Of a stretch of 64,000 bases of DNA, positions 33,082 to 40,884 are shown in pieces. The notes under the pieces are model-generated. The model was not told the DNA's origin. It saw nothing but the letters and a program-made list of their open reading frames with translations, and did no database searches. The position numbers and the translations under genes were made by a program. The stretch lies in sequence record OP870147.1; one strand, written 5' to 3'. The stretch's first letter is position 1. The number at the start of each line of letters is the position of its first letter. This DNA comes from Escherichia phage vB_Eco_F31.

Positions 33082-33347
33082 TTGATGTCCTCGATTTTGG
33101 TTACGGTTCTATTATAAGCCACTTCATCTAGAAGCGATTTCAGCGTTTTCTGATAAGTTGTAATCCATTTACCGAGTCCTTCAACATAGTATTCTGAAAT
33201 GTAGATGAACCCTTGTTCAACACACTCTTTAAATATTTCTGTGTCTTTTACTGAACGAAACAATGGCCAGTCTCGAAAGAACATGTTAACGTGACCGTAG
33301 TCACGTGTGGTATTTTTGCCATCTGTAATATCATGAACTACAAACAT
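33078..33347 (-). CDS. hypothetical protein (89 aa), position of T4 30.1
   Basis: ORF overlapping ligase start by 4 nt; positional assignment only. Confidence 0.5.
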   Translation of the reverse strand: MFVVHDITDGKNTTRDYGHVNMFFRDWPLFRSVKDTEIFKECVEQGFIYISEYYVEGLGKWITTYQKTLKSLLDEVAYNRTVTKIEDIK

Positions 33348-33356
33348 AATTAACCC

Positions 33357-34181
33357 TTAACAATTTATAGACCAAGTCCATTTAGACGAATCTAAAGGAA
33401 AGTTTTGAATCGTCCACCACGGCTGCATATCAGTTGGTCCTGGGGTTCGCCAGGTATATGGAGTACGTGTTGTCGAGGGGCCACCAATTTGATTAGGCCA
33501 TGCACCTGGACTTGTTGCACCAGATTCTTTAAGCAAATCCGCCAATCGTTTTAAAAGGTCTTCACGATCTGAATCTGAATTATTCTTAGGCAGAACCAAA
33601 CGAGATTCAATATCATCCCACGTGTGTACACGTTGTGCAGTACGAGGAATGGCATCACGTTCACCACGAGCCAACCAATAAATCGGTACATTAAGAATTT
33701 CTGCCGCATGGTCACAATGATGAGCTAAATCGTCAACGTAACAAATTACGTTATATTTTGTTTTAGCTAGTTCGAATAATTGTTCCTTTGAAGAATCATG
33801 ACCACACATCATTACTTCAGAGAAAGCGCCTGGGAACAAAGCATTCAAATTAAATTGTCTATTCAATCGAGCATCAATTGAATCACCTAGCGCCGTCACG
33901 GCTACAAAATTATAGTCTTCTTTTAGTTTATTGATAACTCGAAGAGCATCAGAATAAGGCGCTAAGTAACGAATAAAATCAGAGCTATTATATTTTTCTA
34001 TTAATTGTTTACCAAGGTTATCGTCGGTATTGAACAGTTTACCAGGAGAAATAAATTTTTCGTCCTGAATCATTTTTAAAATATGTTCTAATGGAAGGTT
34101 ATATTTTTGGGCAAAATAAGGAAGTCCAGATTGCCAGCTTAAACATACACCATCAATATCAGTCAAAATAGTAGGCTTCAT
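33357..34181 (-). CDS. HAD-superfamily hydrolase-like protein (274 aa), position of T4 30.2
   Basis: N-terminal DIDGV (HAD motif I) and later YVDD (motif IV-like); unusual W/P-rich low-complexity C-terminal ~55 aa. Confidence 0.6.
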   Translation of the reverse strand: MKPTILTDIDGVCLSWQSGLPYFAQKYNLPLEHILKMIQDEKFISPGKLFNTDDNLGKQLIEKYNSSDFIRYLAPYSDALRVINKLKEDYNFVAVTALGDSIDARLNRQFNLNALFPGAFSEVMMCGHDSSKEQLFELAKTKYNVICYVDDLAHHCDHAAEILNVPIYWLARGERDAIPRTAQRVHTWDDIESRLVLPKNNSDSDREDLLKRLADLLKESGATSPGAWPNQIGGPSTTRTPYTWRTPGPTDMQPWWTIQNFPLDSSKWTWSINC

Positions 34182-34645
34182 AAAGAGTCTCTTAATAGGT
34201 TTAACACGTCAATAAATTCATCTTCAGTTAGTATTGTATCATCTTTTGTTAGGTGGCTGGCCATGCTGTGCTTCAAAATTTTTCCTTTAGAGGCTTGTAA
34301 GGCATCACGAAACCCCTTGTTTTGGATCGCGGCTTCAAAATATGCATTTGTGTATAATTCTTTCCACGCTTCGGAGTATCTTGAAAATGGAACTCCTAAC
34401 CAGAAGAGAGTCCCACGGTCCTGAGCTCTTGCGTAAGACCTTCCAGCTTGCTGTGCAGCCAATCCAGACAACCCAAATATACGTCTTTGTTGTTCAACAT
34501 TTTTCACCTTACATCCTTGGAGAAATCCTTCAAGACCTCCGAATTGAATACCATCCATAACAAAAGGCCATTGAGCAAAGTTACTTAATGCACATGACGG
34601 CCACTTGAAATTACTTCTTATTTCTAATTCAGACATCTTTAACAC
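34178..34645 (-). CDS. NADAR / YbiA-like domain protein (155 aa), position of T4 30.3
   Basis: Segments SNFAQWPF..DG and LEGFLQGCK resemble YbiA/NADAR (DUF1768) core motifs as recalled; track start is GTG, alternative ATG at 34636. Confidence 0.55.
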   Translation of the reverse strand: MLKMSELEIRSNFKWPSCALSNFAQWPFVMDGIQFGGLEGFLQGCKVKNVEQQRRIFGLSGLAAQQAGRSYARAQDRGTLFWLGVPFSRYSEAWKELYTNAYFEAAIQNKGFRDALQASKGKILKHSMASHLTKDDTILTEDEFIDVLNLLRDSL

Positions 34646-34847
34646 TTATAATTTCAACATCAGCCCAATGTCCGTATCCAGGTATACGGTCTTCGATAGA
34701 TAAATTTCTGTCATTTTTAGGCATTTTAATTGACGTAACGTATGGTTCTAAACGGTTTTCCGCGTAATATGGAAAAACGTCGGTTACACGATAAGTAACT
34801 TCAATCATTTCCATACCAAACAATTTCTGGATTAATTTATTCAACAT
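34629..34847 (-). CDS. hypothetical protein (72 aa)
   Basis: ATG ORF in operon orientation, overlaps neighbours by a few nt. Confidence 0.45.
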   Translation of the reverse strand: MLNKLIQKLFGMEMIEVTYRVTDVFPYYAENRLEPYVTSIKMPKNDRNLSIEDRIPGYGHWADVEIISVKDV

Positions 34848-35034
34848 GTTTCAACCCTTTAATAGGAGATAACTCTTTACCCATACGTATGTCAGAAGTC
34901 CCATCAACCCATTGAACAGCATACGCTTCATTGATAATTCCAGCGGCAGTTTTAAATTCGTTGAGAACTTTAAAAATCATCCCAGGGATTCCAACACCTT
35001 TTAATTGGACTGTTTGTGCTATTAAAAATTTCAT
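34837..35034 (-). CDS. hypothetical protein (65 aa)
   Basis: ATG ORF in operon orientation. Confidence 0.45.
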   Translation of the reverse strand: MKFLIAQTVQLKGVGIPGMIFKVLNEFKTAAGIINEAYAVQWVDGTSDIRMGKELSPIKGLKHVE

Positions 35035-35088
35035 ATTTTTCCACTTACTAAAGAAATCATTATACTCTAATCCGTCCTTGGATGTACA

Positions 35089-35703
35089 CTACTTAATGAA
35101 ATTAATTTCTACCGGATGAACAACAGGTTGAGCAGTGATATATTGAGTAATTGCTTTCATGACTAGAGCTTCAGAACCAGGATTTTTCTCAACGAATTCA
35201 CGTGCTAGGTTATGAGCTTCGAGTTCACTCAATAAACCGGAACGCTGGCATCCACGGTCTTGAGTACCCTGTTCAGATAAAAGGACTACTACATATTTTT
35301 CATCGTCGTAGGGCTTAGCCAGTTGAGCAAATGTTCCTTTACTTCCAAAAGGAGAGTTATGTCGCCACATCACACCGTGAGGAGTTTCAACCTTCGTATA
35401 TTCGTGCGGTCCATTTTTCTTAGTTTCTTGATGTGGAACTTCATAGACCTTAGGGTTAGGACATTCAATAAAATGCTCATCTAAATCGGTCGAGAATATT
35501 AAAGTAAAACAATTACTGAATTTACCAACACCGGCCTGATAAATTTTACCTTCAGAAGTTCTAATTTCACAAACTGAGCCGGCATCAGTAACTTCTAAAA
35601 CTTCAAAAGGCTCAATAAGGTCATATGAGAACATGTTTTTAAGGCGTGGAGTAATATCCCCATTTTTAAAATTCATTTTATAAAAAGTATTAACTTTAAA
35701 CAT
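35089..35703 (-). CDS. hypothetical protein (204 aa from ATG at 35703)
   Basis: Track start at 35733 lies inside a GC hairpin; second ATG at 35703 has GAGG RBS 7 nt upstream. Confidence 0.55.
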   Translation of the reverse strand: MFKVNTFYKMNFKNGDITPRLKNMFSYDLIEPFEVLEVTDAGSVCEIRTSEGKIYQAGVGKFSNCFTLIFSTDLDEHFIECPNPKVYEVPHQETKKNGPHEYTKVETPHGVMWRHNSPFGSKGTFAQLAKPYDDEKYVVVLLSEQGTQDRGCQRSGLLSELEAHNLAREFVEKNPGSEALVMKAITQYITAQPVVHPVEINFIK

Positions 35704-35715
35704 AATTTCCTCAGT

Positions 35716-35731
35716 GGGAGCCGAAGCTCCC
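35716..35731 (-). terminator. intercistronic hairpin GGGAGC-UUCG-GCUCCC (minus strand), no U-tract
   Basis: 6-bp stem with UUCG loop between stop of 121-aa gene and RBS of 204-aa gene. Confidence 0.35.
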
Positions 35732-35738
35732 AATTAAT

Positions 35739-36104
35739 TTAGATATCAAATTCGTTAAGAACTACATCAAAGATTGCTTCGAGATGTTCAGGTTTAGCTC
35801 GGTTACTCAGGATATGACGAATCCAAGTTTTAACCAGAAGTTTACGATTAACACCATTCCAGCAAGGATGAGTACCTAAATCACGCTGACGGAAATCATC
35901 ATCTAATGCAATTTTAAAATTTGAACCTTCCATCGTGATTGAAACCGTGATACCATTTTCAAATCGCATATAAACGTAATTAGGAGTCATGCACTGTTCG
36001 ATTTCACAAACTGTACCGTTTTCGTGTTTCCATAAGCAAATAACTTCAGAAGAACCAGCAATACCGTTAGAAACATATTTACGTTCGAAGTTGGTGTAGT
36101 TCAT
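35739..36104 (-). CDS. hypothetical protein (121 aa)
   Basis: ATG at 36104 with GGAG RBS and early-promoter motif upstream. Confidence 0.55.
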   Translation of the reverse strand: MNYTNFERKYVSNGIAGSSEVICLWKHENGTVCEIEQCMTPNYVYMRFENGITVSITMEGSNFKIALDDDFRQRDLGTHPCWNGVNRKLLVKTWIRHILSNRAKPEHLEAIFDVVLNEFDI

Positions 36105-36145
36105 TTTATTCTCCAGATGTTTAAGTTGTTTGTTGGTACAGGTCT

Positions 36146-36174
36146 ATAATAACATAACCTGTACCAAAGTAAAC
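36146..36174 (-). promoter_or_regulatory. early-promoter-like motif GTTTAC-N17-TATTAT
   Basis: Minus strand GTTTAC ... TATTATAGACCTGTACCA; -10 bracketed by inverted repeat GGTACAGG/CCTGTACC. Confidence 0.45.
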
Positions 36175-36178
36175 TGGT

Positions 36179-36547
36179 TTATGCAACTTTAATCCAATTG
36201 TCTAAATTTAAAACACCTTTGGCTTTCATTTTTTCTATCAGGTTATCTGCTGTAATGCGTCCATTTTGATACCATGTAACATCTTCAGAGTAACCAGTTT
36301 CTTCGTCAACATATGTTTCTGAACGAATTTTACCGGTAATAATAGTTTTTAATTCGTATGTGTCACCTGTGAAAAAGTTTGCTAACACAATTTTCCAAGA
36401 GAAATCATCAGAAGGACCTTCAGGGGTCATACAACCTACGAACTCAAATTGCTCTTTGTATAACATCCACTGGAATTCTTTAATTTCGATAGCTTTATAA
36501 CCATCGTGGTCTTTACATTTGATGTATGAGTTCAGATTGATTTTCAT
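36179..36547 (-). CDS. hypothetical protein (122 aa)
   Basis: ATG at 36547 with GGAG RBS and early-promoter motif upstream. Confidence 0.55.
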   Translation of the reverse strand: MKINLNSYIKCKDHDGYKAIEIKEFQWMLYKEQFEFVGCMTPEGPSDDFSWKIVLANFFTGDTYELKTIITGKIRSETYVDEETGYSEDVTWYQNGRITADNLIEKMKAKGVLNLDNWIKVA

Positions 36548-36589
36548 TTTGTTCTCCAGGTTGTTTTATTGATTAGATGGTACAAGTCT

Positions 36590-36618
36590 ATAGTAACACA
36601 TCCTACAGGAGAGTAAAC
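36590..36618 (-). promoter_or_regulatory. early-promoter-like motif GTTTAC-N17-TACTAT
   Basis: Minus strand GTTTAC ... TACTATAGACTTGTACCA upstream of the 122-aa gene. Confidence 0.45.
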
Positions 36619-36654
36619 ATCTTTTTAAACTTTTTCTGCCCTAAACGCACAAAA

Positions 36655-36672
36655 GGGAGACCGAAGTCTCCC
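36655..36672 (-). terminator. rho-independent terminator GGGAGAC-UUCG-GUCUCCC + UUUU (minus strand)
   Basis: Same 18-nt hairpin as at 13282, 51876 and 60200; follows stop of the 59-aa ORF. Confidence 0.55.
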
Positions 36673-36677
36673 TAAAA

Positions 36678-36857
36678 TTATGCAACAACCTTTCCAAAAC
36701 GAGAAGCATCATCTCGAAGAACTGCACGTGCTCTGCGCATGATCTTCTCAACTGTTTGATTAATACGAGAGTTCGACCCACGCTTGTATCCAGCGCGTTT
36801 AGAGGTACCATCAACTTTCTTTTCAACTGCTTTCTTTGCTTTAGCTTGTTTTGCCAT
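36678..36857 (-). CDS. small highly basic hypothetical protein (59 aa), below the track's cutoff
   Basis: Hand-translated MAKQAKAKKAVEKKVDGTSKRAGYKRGSNSRINQTVEKIMRRARAVLRDDASRFGKVVA; followed by terminator hairpin 36655-36672. Confidence 0.5.
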   Translation of the reverse strand: MAKQAKAKKAVEKKVDGTSKRAGYKRGSNSRINQTVEKIMRRARAVLRDDASRFGKVVA

Positions 36858-37152
36858 TATAAATTCTCTTTAAATGAAAATGCAGGACTTATTGACATTG
36901 CCTGCGCAAGCCCTCAAGGGGAACATAGGTTTTGGATATTTAACGACAGGATAACCATAAACCCGTCATTATACCAACCACGACTTAGACAGATAACCTT
37001 TTTCTGACGCGTGATAGTACAAAATACATTCAAGAGGTACACCGTAAAACTGCCGGGGCCTTAAAACTATAATGATTCGCAAATCATTAATCAGACAGTT
37101 CGACGGCTCCTCGATTTTCTAGCCGCACTTAAGGTAGCGAATCACCTAAAAC

Positions 37153-37401
37153 TTATTTAAGGGTAATAACAAAATGACGTACTGCTTTACGAGCTGCAGA
37201 AGCCAAAGGCTTAGCATATTTCAGTTCATCTTTTGCTTCCAGTTCAGAGGCCAAAGCTGCCTGTACCGGGTTCAGATGTTTGAAATAATGCAGGATTTCC
37301 AGTGCTTCGGCTTCAACATCAATCGACGCGCCGTAGTTTTCGTGACCGTTATTCCATGCGTTTCGTTGCAGTTCAAGAGCGTGTTGTAATTGTTTAATCA
37401 T
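37153..37401 (-). CDS. rIII: lysis inhibition accessory protein rIII
   Basis: 82 aa, same length as T4 rIII; position adjacent to gene 31. Confidence 0.75.
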   Translation of the reverse strand: MIKQLQHALELQRNAWNNGHENYGASIDVEAEALEILHYFKHLNPVQAALASELEAKDELKYAKPLASAARKAVRHFVITLK

Positions 37402-37525
37402 TTTAAATTCTCAATTCGAGATAATATTTAGTAGCCACGTTCGTCTGAATTTCACCTTCTTTCGACAAGTCTCTCAGTTGTAGGCTACCGCTTAGAAGAG
37501 TGTTCTCTTCATATAGTTATTTATA

Positions 37526-37858
37526 TCACTTATAAAGACACGGAATAGCTTTATAGTGGCATGTTACGAATTTCTGTTTAATTTCTTTAGGTTGTTTAAG
37601 TCCCAAAGCCACAAATGGATGTGGAACATTTCGAATTTGTCCAACTGGTAGTGGAGTCAAATCACCGACTTCAACAAAACCTTCAGGAACATCAGGACCT
37701 ACAGAATGAACTACACATAGTTCAGGAACTTCACCTTGAACACGTTTACCAATCACAAGTCCTGATTCGGTAACTTCTTCATCACCTGCTTGAGCGGGTT
37801 CAGAAACCAGAATGACATATTCACCAACAGCACGAATTGGGAGTTGTACTTCGGACAT
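37526..37858 (-). CDS. 31: co-chaperonin gp31 (GroES analogue)
   Basis: 110 aa; position between rIII and cd as in T4; MotA-box middle promoter motif upstream. Confidence 0.8.
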   Translation of the reverse strand: MSEVQLPIRAVGEYVILVSEPAQAGDEEVTESGLVIGKRVQGEVPELCVVHSVGPDVPEGFVEVGDLTPLPVGQIRNVPHPFVALGLKQPKEIKQKFVTCHYKAIPCLYK

Positions 37859-37888
37859 CTTATTTCCTTGTTGTTTGACGATAGATTA

Positions 37889-37913
37889 ATAATACCATAC
37901 TATTCGTAAAGCA
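37889..37913 (-). promoter_or_regulatory. middle-promoter-like motif (MotA box TGCTTTA, 12 nt, TATTAT) upstream of gene 31
   Basis: Minus strand atatGCTTTAcgaatagtatggTATTATtaa, then AAGGA and ATG of gene 31. Confidence 0.4.
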
Positions 37914-37915
37914 TA

Positions 37916-38212
37916 TTACATAAGAAGCAAACGTTCTACCGGAGTACCATCAACCGAAATTACTTTATCAAGGCGGAAAGAACGCCACTGACCTAACTTG
38001 GTATCGAATGCTCGAACTGATTCACGAGGTTCAGAACGAACTTCTGATGCCGGATTGTTATTTTCATATTTGACTTCAAGTTCATCGCGAGAAGCAAACA
38101 TAGTGCGTACCTCACCGTTAGCCTTTTCAAATACAACACAATGAACGCCTACAGACAGAATAGTTTTAATACGTTCACGAAGAACCATAGTTTCTTGTTC
38201 AGTTAAAATCAT
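37916..38212 (-). CDS. hypothetical protein (98 aa from ATG at 38212), position of T4 31.1
   Basis: Track start at 38224 is GTG; internal ATG at 38212. Confidence 0.5.
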   Translation of the reverse strand: MILTEQETMVLRERIKTILSVGVHCVVFEKANGEVRTMFASRDELEVKYENNNPASEVRSEPRESVRAFDTKLGQWRSFRLDKVISVDGTPVERLLLM

Positions 38213-38213
38213 A

Positions 38214-38795
38214 TTATTCACCACAAAAGTTTCGGATTTGTTCCCAATTCAGAGAACGAAGATTATTACGAGAGTACTGAATTACTTCAATACCGGCTTG
38301 TTTTAGAATGTCTGCCCAATTTTCAGGAGATCGGTCGTATAATTCTGCATATACAACCTTTTTAATACCTGACTGTGTAATAGCTTTAGTGCAATCAGGA
38401 CACGGAGAAAGCGTCGTATATAACGTAGCACCTTCAATAGAATTACCTTTACGAGCTGCAAATAAAATTGCATTCAGTTCAGCATGGATTTCATTATTAG
38501 CAGACCATGCACTATGAGCGGCCCGATGTTCTTTAGCCAAAACAAAATTATCCACCCGTCCAAATGCTGTAGTGCCTTCTTTATGCCCAGCAACGATGAC
38601 CGGGCTTGGTTTATTCTTCAACCAACCGTTTTCGGATGCATGTTCGCAACAGTTTGTACCACCTGAAGGAGAGCCATTATAACCTGTAGAAATAATGCGT
38701 CCATCTTTTTCAATGACGGCGCCAACTTTCCATGAACAACATTTTGATTCTTGAGAAATCAGATATGCAATCTGAAGGTATGTGCTAGCTTTCAT
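38214..38795 (-). CDS. cd: dCMP deaminase
   Basis: 193 aa, same length as T4 Cd; zinc-binding deaminase motifs (HAE..., SPCPDC). Confidence 0.9.
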   Translation of the reverse strand: MKASTYLQIAYLISQESKCCSWKVGAVIEKDGRIISTGYNGSPSGGTNCCEHASENGWLKNKPSPVIVAGHKEGTTAFGRVDNFVLAKEHRAAHSAWSANNEIHAELNAILFAARKGNSIEGATLYTTLSPCPDCTKAITQSGIKKVVYAELYDRSPENWADILKQAGIEVIQYSRNNLRSLNWEQIRNFCGE

Positions 38796-39787
38796 TATTG
38801 AACCTTATTAATATAAGTTAACAGCTCTTTAGTTTGTTCCCAACTGATGCACGCATCGGTAACGGAAACGCCATAGGACATATTATCAGAAATTTTTTGA
38901 TTTCCTTCATGTAGGAACGATTCTATCATAATTCCTTTGACCAAATCATTAGCTGCTAAATTTTTACCAATACCAATTTGATTGCTATAATGCCCATCAG
39001 CGTTTGCATGGCTACAGTCAACCATTACATAATGATTCAGACCTACTGCCCTTGCTTTGTTAGAAGCTTCTTGAATATCAGAAGAATGATAGTTCGGGCC
39101 GTTGGTCCCGCCACGCAATACGATATGCGTATTCTGATTACCTTCAGCTTCAACAATGCCTACAGTACCATCGACGTCCATACCCATATACCGATGAGGC
39201 CAGGCGGCACTATACATCGCGTCTGTAGCTACTTTAATAGAACCATTGGTTGCGTTCTTGAAGCCTACGCACATCGGTAGACCTGAAGCAATTTCACGAT
39301 GTGTCTGACTTTCAGTCGTACGGGCACCAATAGCAACCCATGAGAAAATACCAGAAAGATACTTAATCGTGAATGGGTCTAATACTTCAGTTGCTAATGG
39401 AAGTCCCATACGTAGAAGTTTACGACACAATGTTCGTGCAACTATAAGACCGTGGTTCATATCAAAACTTCCGTCAAGATATGGATCATTTACAAGACCT
39501 TTCCAACCTACGGTAGTTCGAGGCTTTTCAAAATAAACGCGCATCACTAACAGAACATTAGGAAGACGAGTTTGAAGTTCAGCCAGACGTTTGCCGTATT
39601 CAACAGCAGCAATAGGGTCATGAATTGAACAAGGACCTACAACAATAAGTTTGCGTGGGTCTTCACCGTTCATAATCGAATTAACTTGTTCGCGATGAGA
39701 AGCCACTTGTGATGCGTAAGCTTCCGACAAAGGAATAATCTCGGCCAGTTCTTTTGGAGAAATAAGTTTTCCGACGACAGGTAACAT
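38795..39787 (-). CDS. 3-deoxy-D-arabino-heptulosonate-7-phosphate (DAHP) synthase, class I (AroG/AroF/AroH family)
   Basis: 330 aa; VGPCSIHD, VYFEKPRTTVGWKGL, GARTTESQ, DCSHAN, ESFLHEGNQ, SVTDACISWE align with E. coli AroG catalytic/metal-binding motifs; AAGGA RBS before ATG at 39787. Confidence 0.9.
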   Translation of the reverse strand: MLPVVGKLISPKELAEIIPLSEAYASQVASHREQVNSIMNGEDPRKLIVVGPCSIHDPIAAVEYGKRLAELQTRLPNVLLVMRVYFEKPRTTVGWKGLVNDPYLDGSFDMNHGLIVARTLCRKLLRMGLPLATEVLDPFTIKYLSGIFSWVAIGARTTESQTHREIASGLPMCVGFKNATNGSIKVATDAMYSAAWPHRYMGMDVDGTVGIVEAEGNQNTHIVLRGGTNGPNYHSSDIQEASNKARAVGLNHYVMVDCSHANADGHYSNQIGIGKNLAANDLVKGIMIESFLHEGNQKISDNMSYGVSVTDACISWEQTKELLTYINKVQ

Positions 39788-39907
39788 AACAATCCTTAGG
39801 AGATATAAACAGATTCTGATTCAACAATACCTTTAACCGGATTAGACAGGCTAAGTTGGTAGTGCTCAGATTTATGACCATTCTCGATAGTAATGAGATA
39901 GCTCTCA

Positions 39908-40144
39908 TTATAGTGTTCCATATACTCGAGTTGCTTCAACTAAACCGTCACTGCCTAATTTAAGGCTAGTAATCTGGTCACCATCTTTAGGATTAACGAT
40001 TATGAGAAAAGAACGTGGAGATTCTTGAATAACTCGTAATGTTGCATCCTGGAAACGTTCAGACACTTTATTGATGAGTGCTTGAGCAAATTCTTTTACT
40101 TTAATCTGAAATTCGTGTACTGTAATTGGATTTTCACTTAGCAT
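39908..40144 (-). CDS. hypothetical protein (78 aa)
   Basis: ATG at 40144 with AGGA RBS and early-promoter motif upstream. Confidence 0.5.
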   Translation of the reverse strand: MLSENPITVHEFQIKVKEFAQALINKVSERFQDATLRVIQESPRSFLIIVNPKDGDQITSLKLGSDGLVEATRVYGTL

Positions 40145-40173
40145 TTCGATTTCCTCATTGTATTGGTAGAGTT

Positions 40174-40203
40174 ATAGTATCACAACTCCACCATGTTGTA
40201 AAC
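40174..40203 (-). promoter_or_regulatory. early-promoter-like motif GTTTAC-N18-TACTAT
   Basis: Minus strand GTTTAC ... TGATACTAT, leader ...CAATGAGGAAATC then ATG of 78-aa gene. Confidence 0.45.
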
Positions 40204-40205
40204 CA

Positions 40206-40481
40206 TTAAATTGCTTTGCATTCAATTTTTTGTGTACCGAAATTGATATCGCATTGGATAACTAAATCACCGTCAAGATCAAATACCACTATGACGTGTG
40301 CAGACCCAGGGAGAAGAGTAATAGCAATAGAATCTACTTGGTCTGGGAGCAAAGCATTGAGTACATGAGTTAGTTGAGCATGAACTCTGAGTTCGGCTGC
40401 ATTATCAAGCACTTCAAACATATTATTAGCAATAATCTGACTGAAGACTACCTTTACAATTTCAGAATATTTAGGGAACAT
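40206..40481 (-). CDS. hypothetical protein (91 aa)
   Basis: ATG ORF in operon orientation in the cd-pseT block. Confidence 0.5.
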   Translation of the reverse strand: MFPKYSEIVKVVFSQIIANNMFEVLDNAAELRVHAQLTHVLNALLPDQVDSIAITLLPGSAHVIVVFDLDGDLVIQCDINFGTQKIECKAI

Positions 40482-40488
40482 AATTACC

Positions 40489-40713
40489 TCAGTGTACAGT
40501 ATTTACTTTAACTCGAACAACAAATCGCTCGGTCGGTTCACCTACAGGAACAAACTCTACATGATATTCACCTTTGTAACGAGTATTCAGGTCATTACGA
40601 ATTCCTGCGAGTTTGTTGATTAATGTAGGACTCATATTAAGTCCCACTAGTTTACGAAGCATTTTGTATGCTTCATCTTCGATTTCATGATGTTTATCGT
40701 ACATAGTTTTCAT
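40489..40713 (-). CDS. hypothetical protein (74 aa)
   Basis: ATG ORF in operon orientation. Confidence 0.5.
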   Translation of the reverse strand: MKTMYDKHHEIEDEAYKMLRKLVGLNMSPTLINKLAGIRNDLNTRYKGEYHVEFVPVGEPTERFVVRVKVNTVH

Positions 40714-40884
40714 TTAACCATTCAATTGCCTGGTCGACGTTATCAAATATACCGCCGTCCAAACGTTCTTCACGCTCATAGTCCAGCACATCAATACCGA
40801 ACTGTCCATTTACTAAAGGCCAGGCTACAAACAAATATTCTTTATGATGTTCGATGGCCTCAATCACTTCATATAATCGTTTCA

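Noticed and set aside
35704-35733. Track start at 35733 for the 204-aa gene
   Set aside because: The first codons coincide with the GGGAGC-UUCG-GCUCCC hairpin; the next ATG (35703) has a GAGG RBS, so the hairpin is intergenic.
37127-37139. 12-13 nt match (TTAAGGTAGCGAA) to a conserved 23S rRNA segment inside the long intergenic region
   Set aside because: Far too short and without flanking rRNA-like sequence; most likely coincidence. Not called as rRNA or an intron remnant.
37518-37525. Minus-strand TATAAATA 117 nt upstream of rIII
   Set aside because: Possible late promoter, but it overlaps the gene 31 stop and is far from the rIII ATG; too uncertain to call as a feature.
39681-39908. 75-aa minus-strand ORF overlapping the DAHP synthase start
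   Set aside because: Different frame overlapping the DAHP synthase RBS and N-terminus, with a Cys/Arg/Ser-rich composition typical of a spurious frame. A shorter 41-aa frame (39796-39921) also exists but has no RBS.
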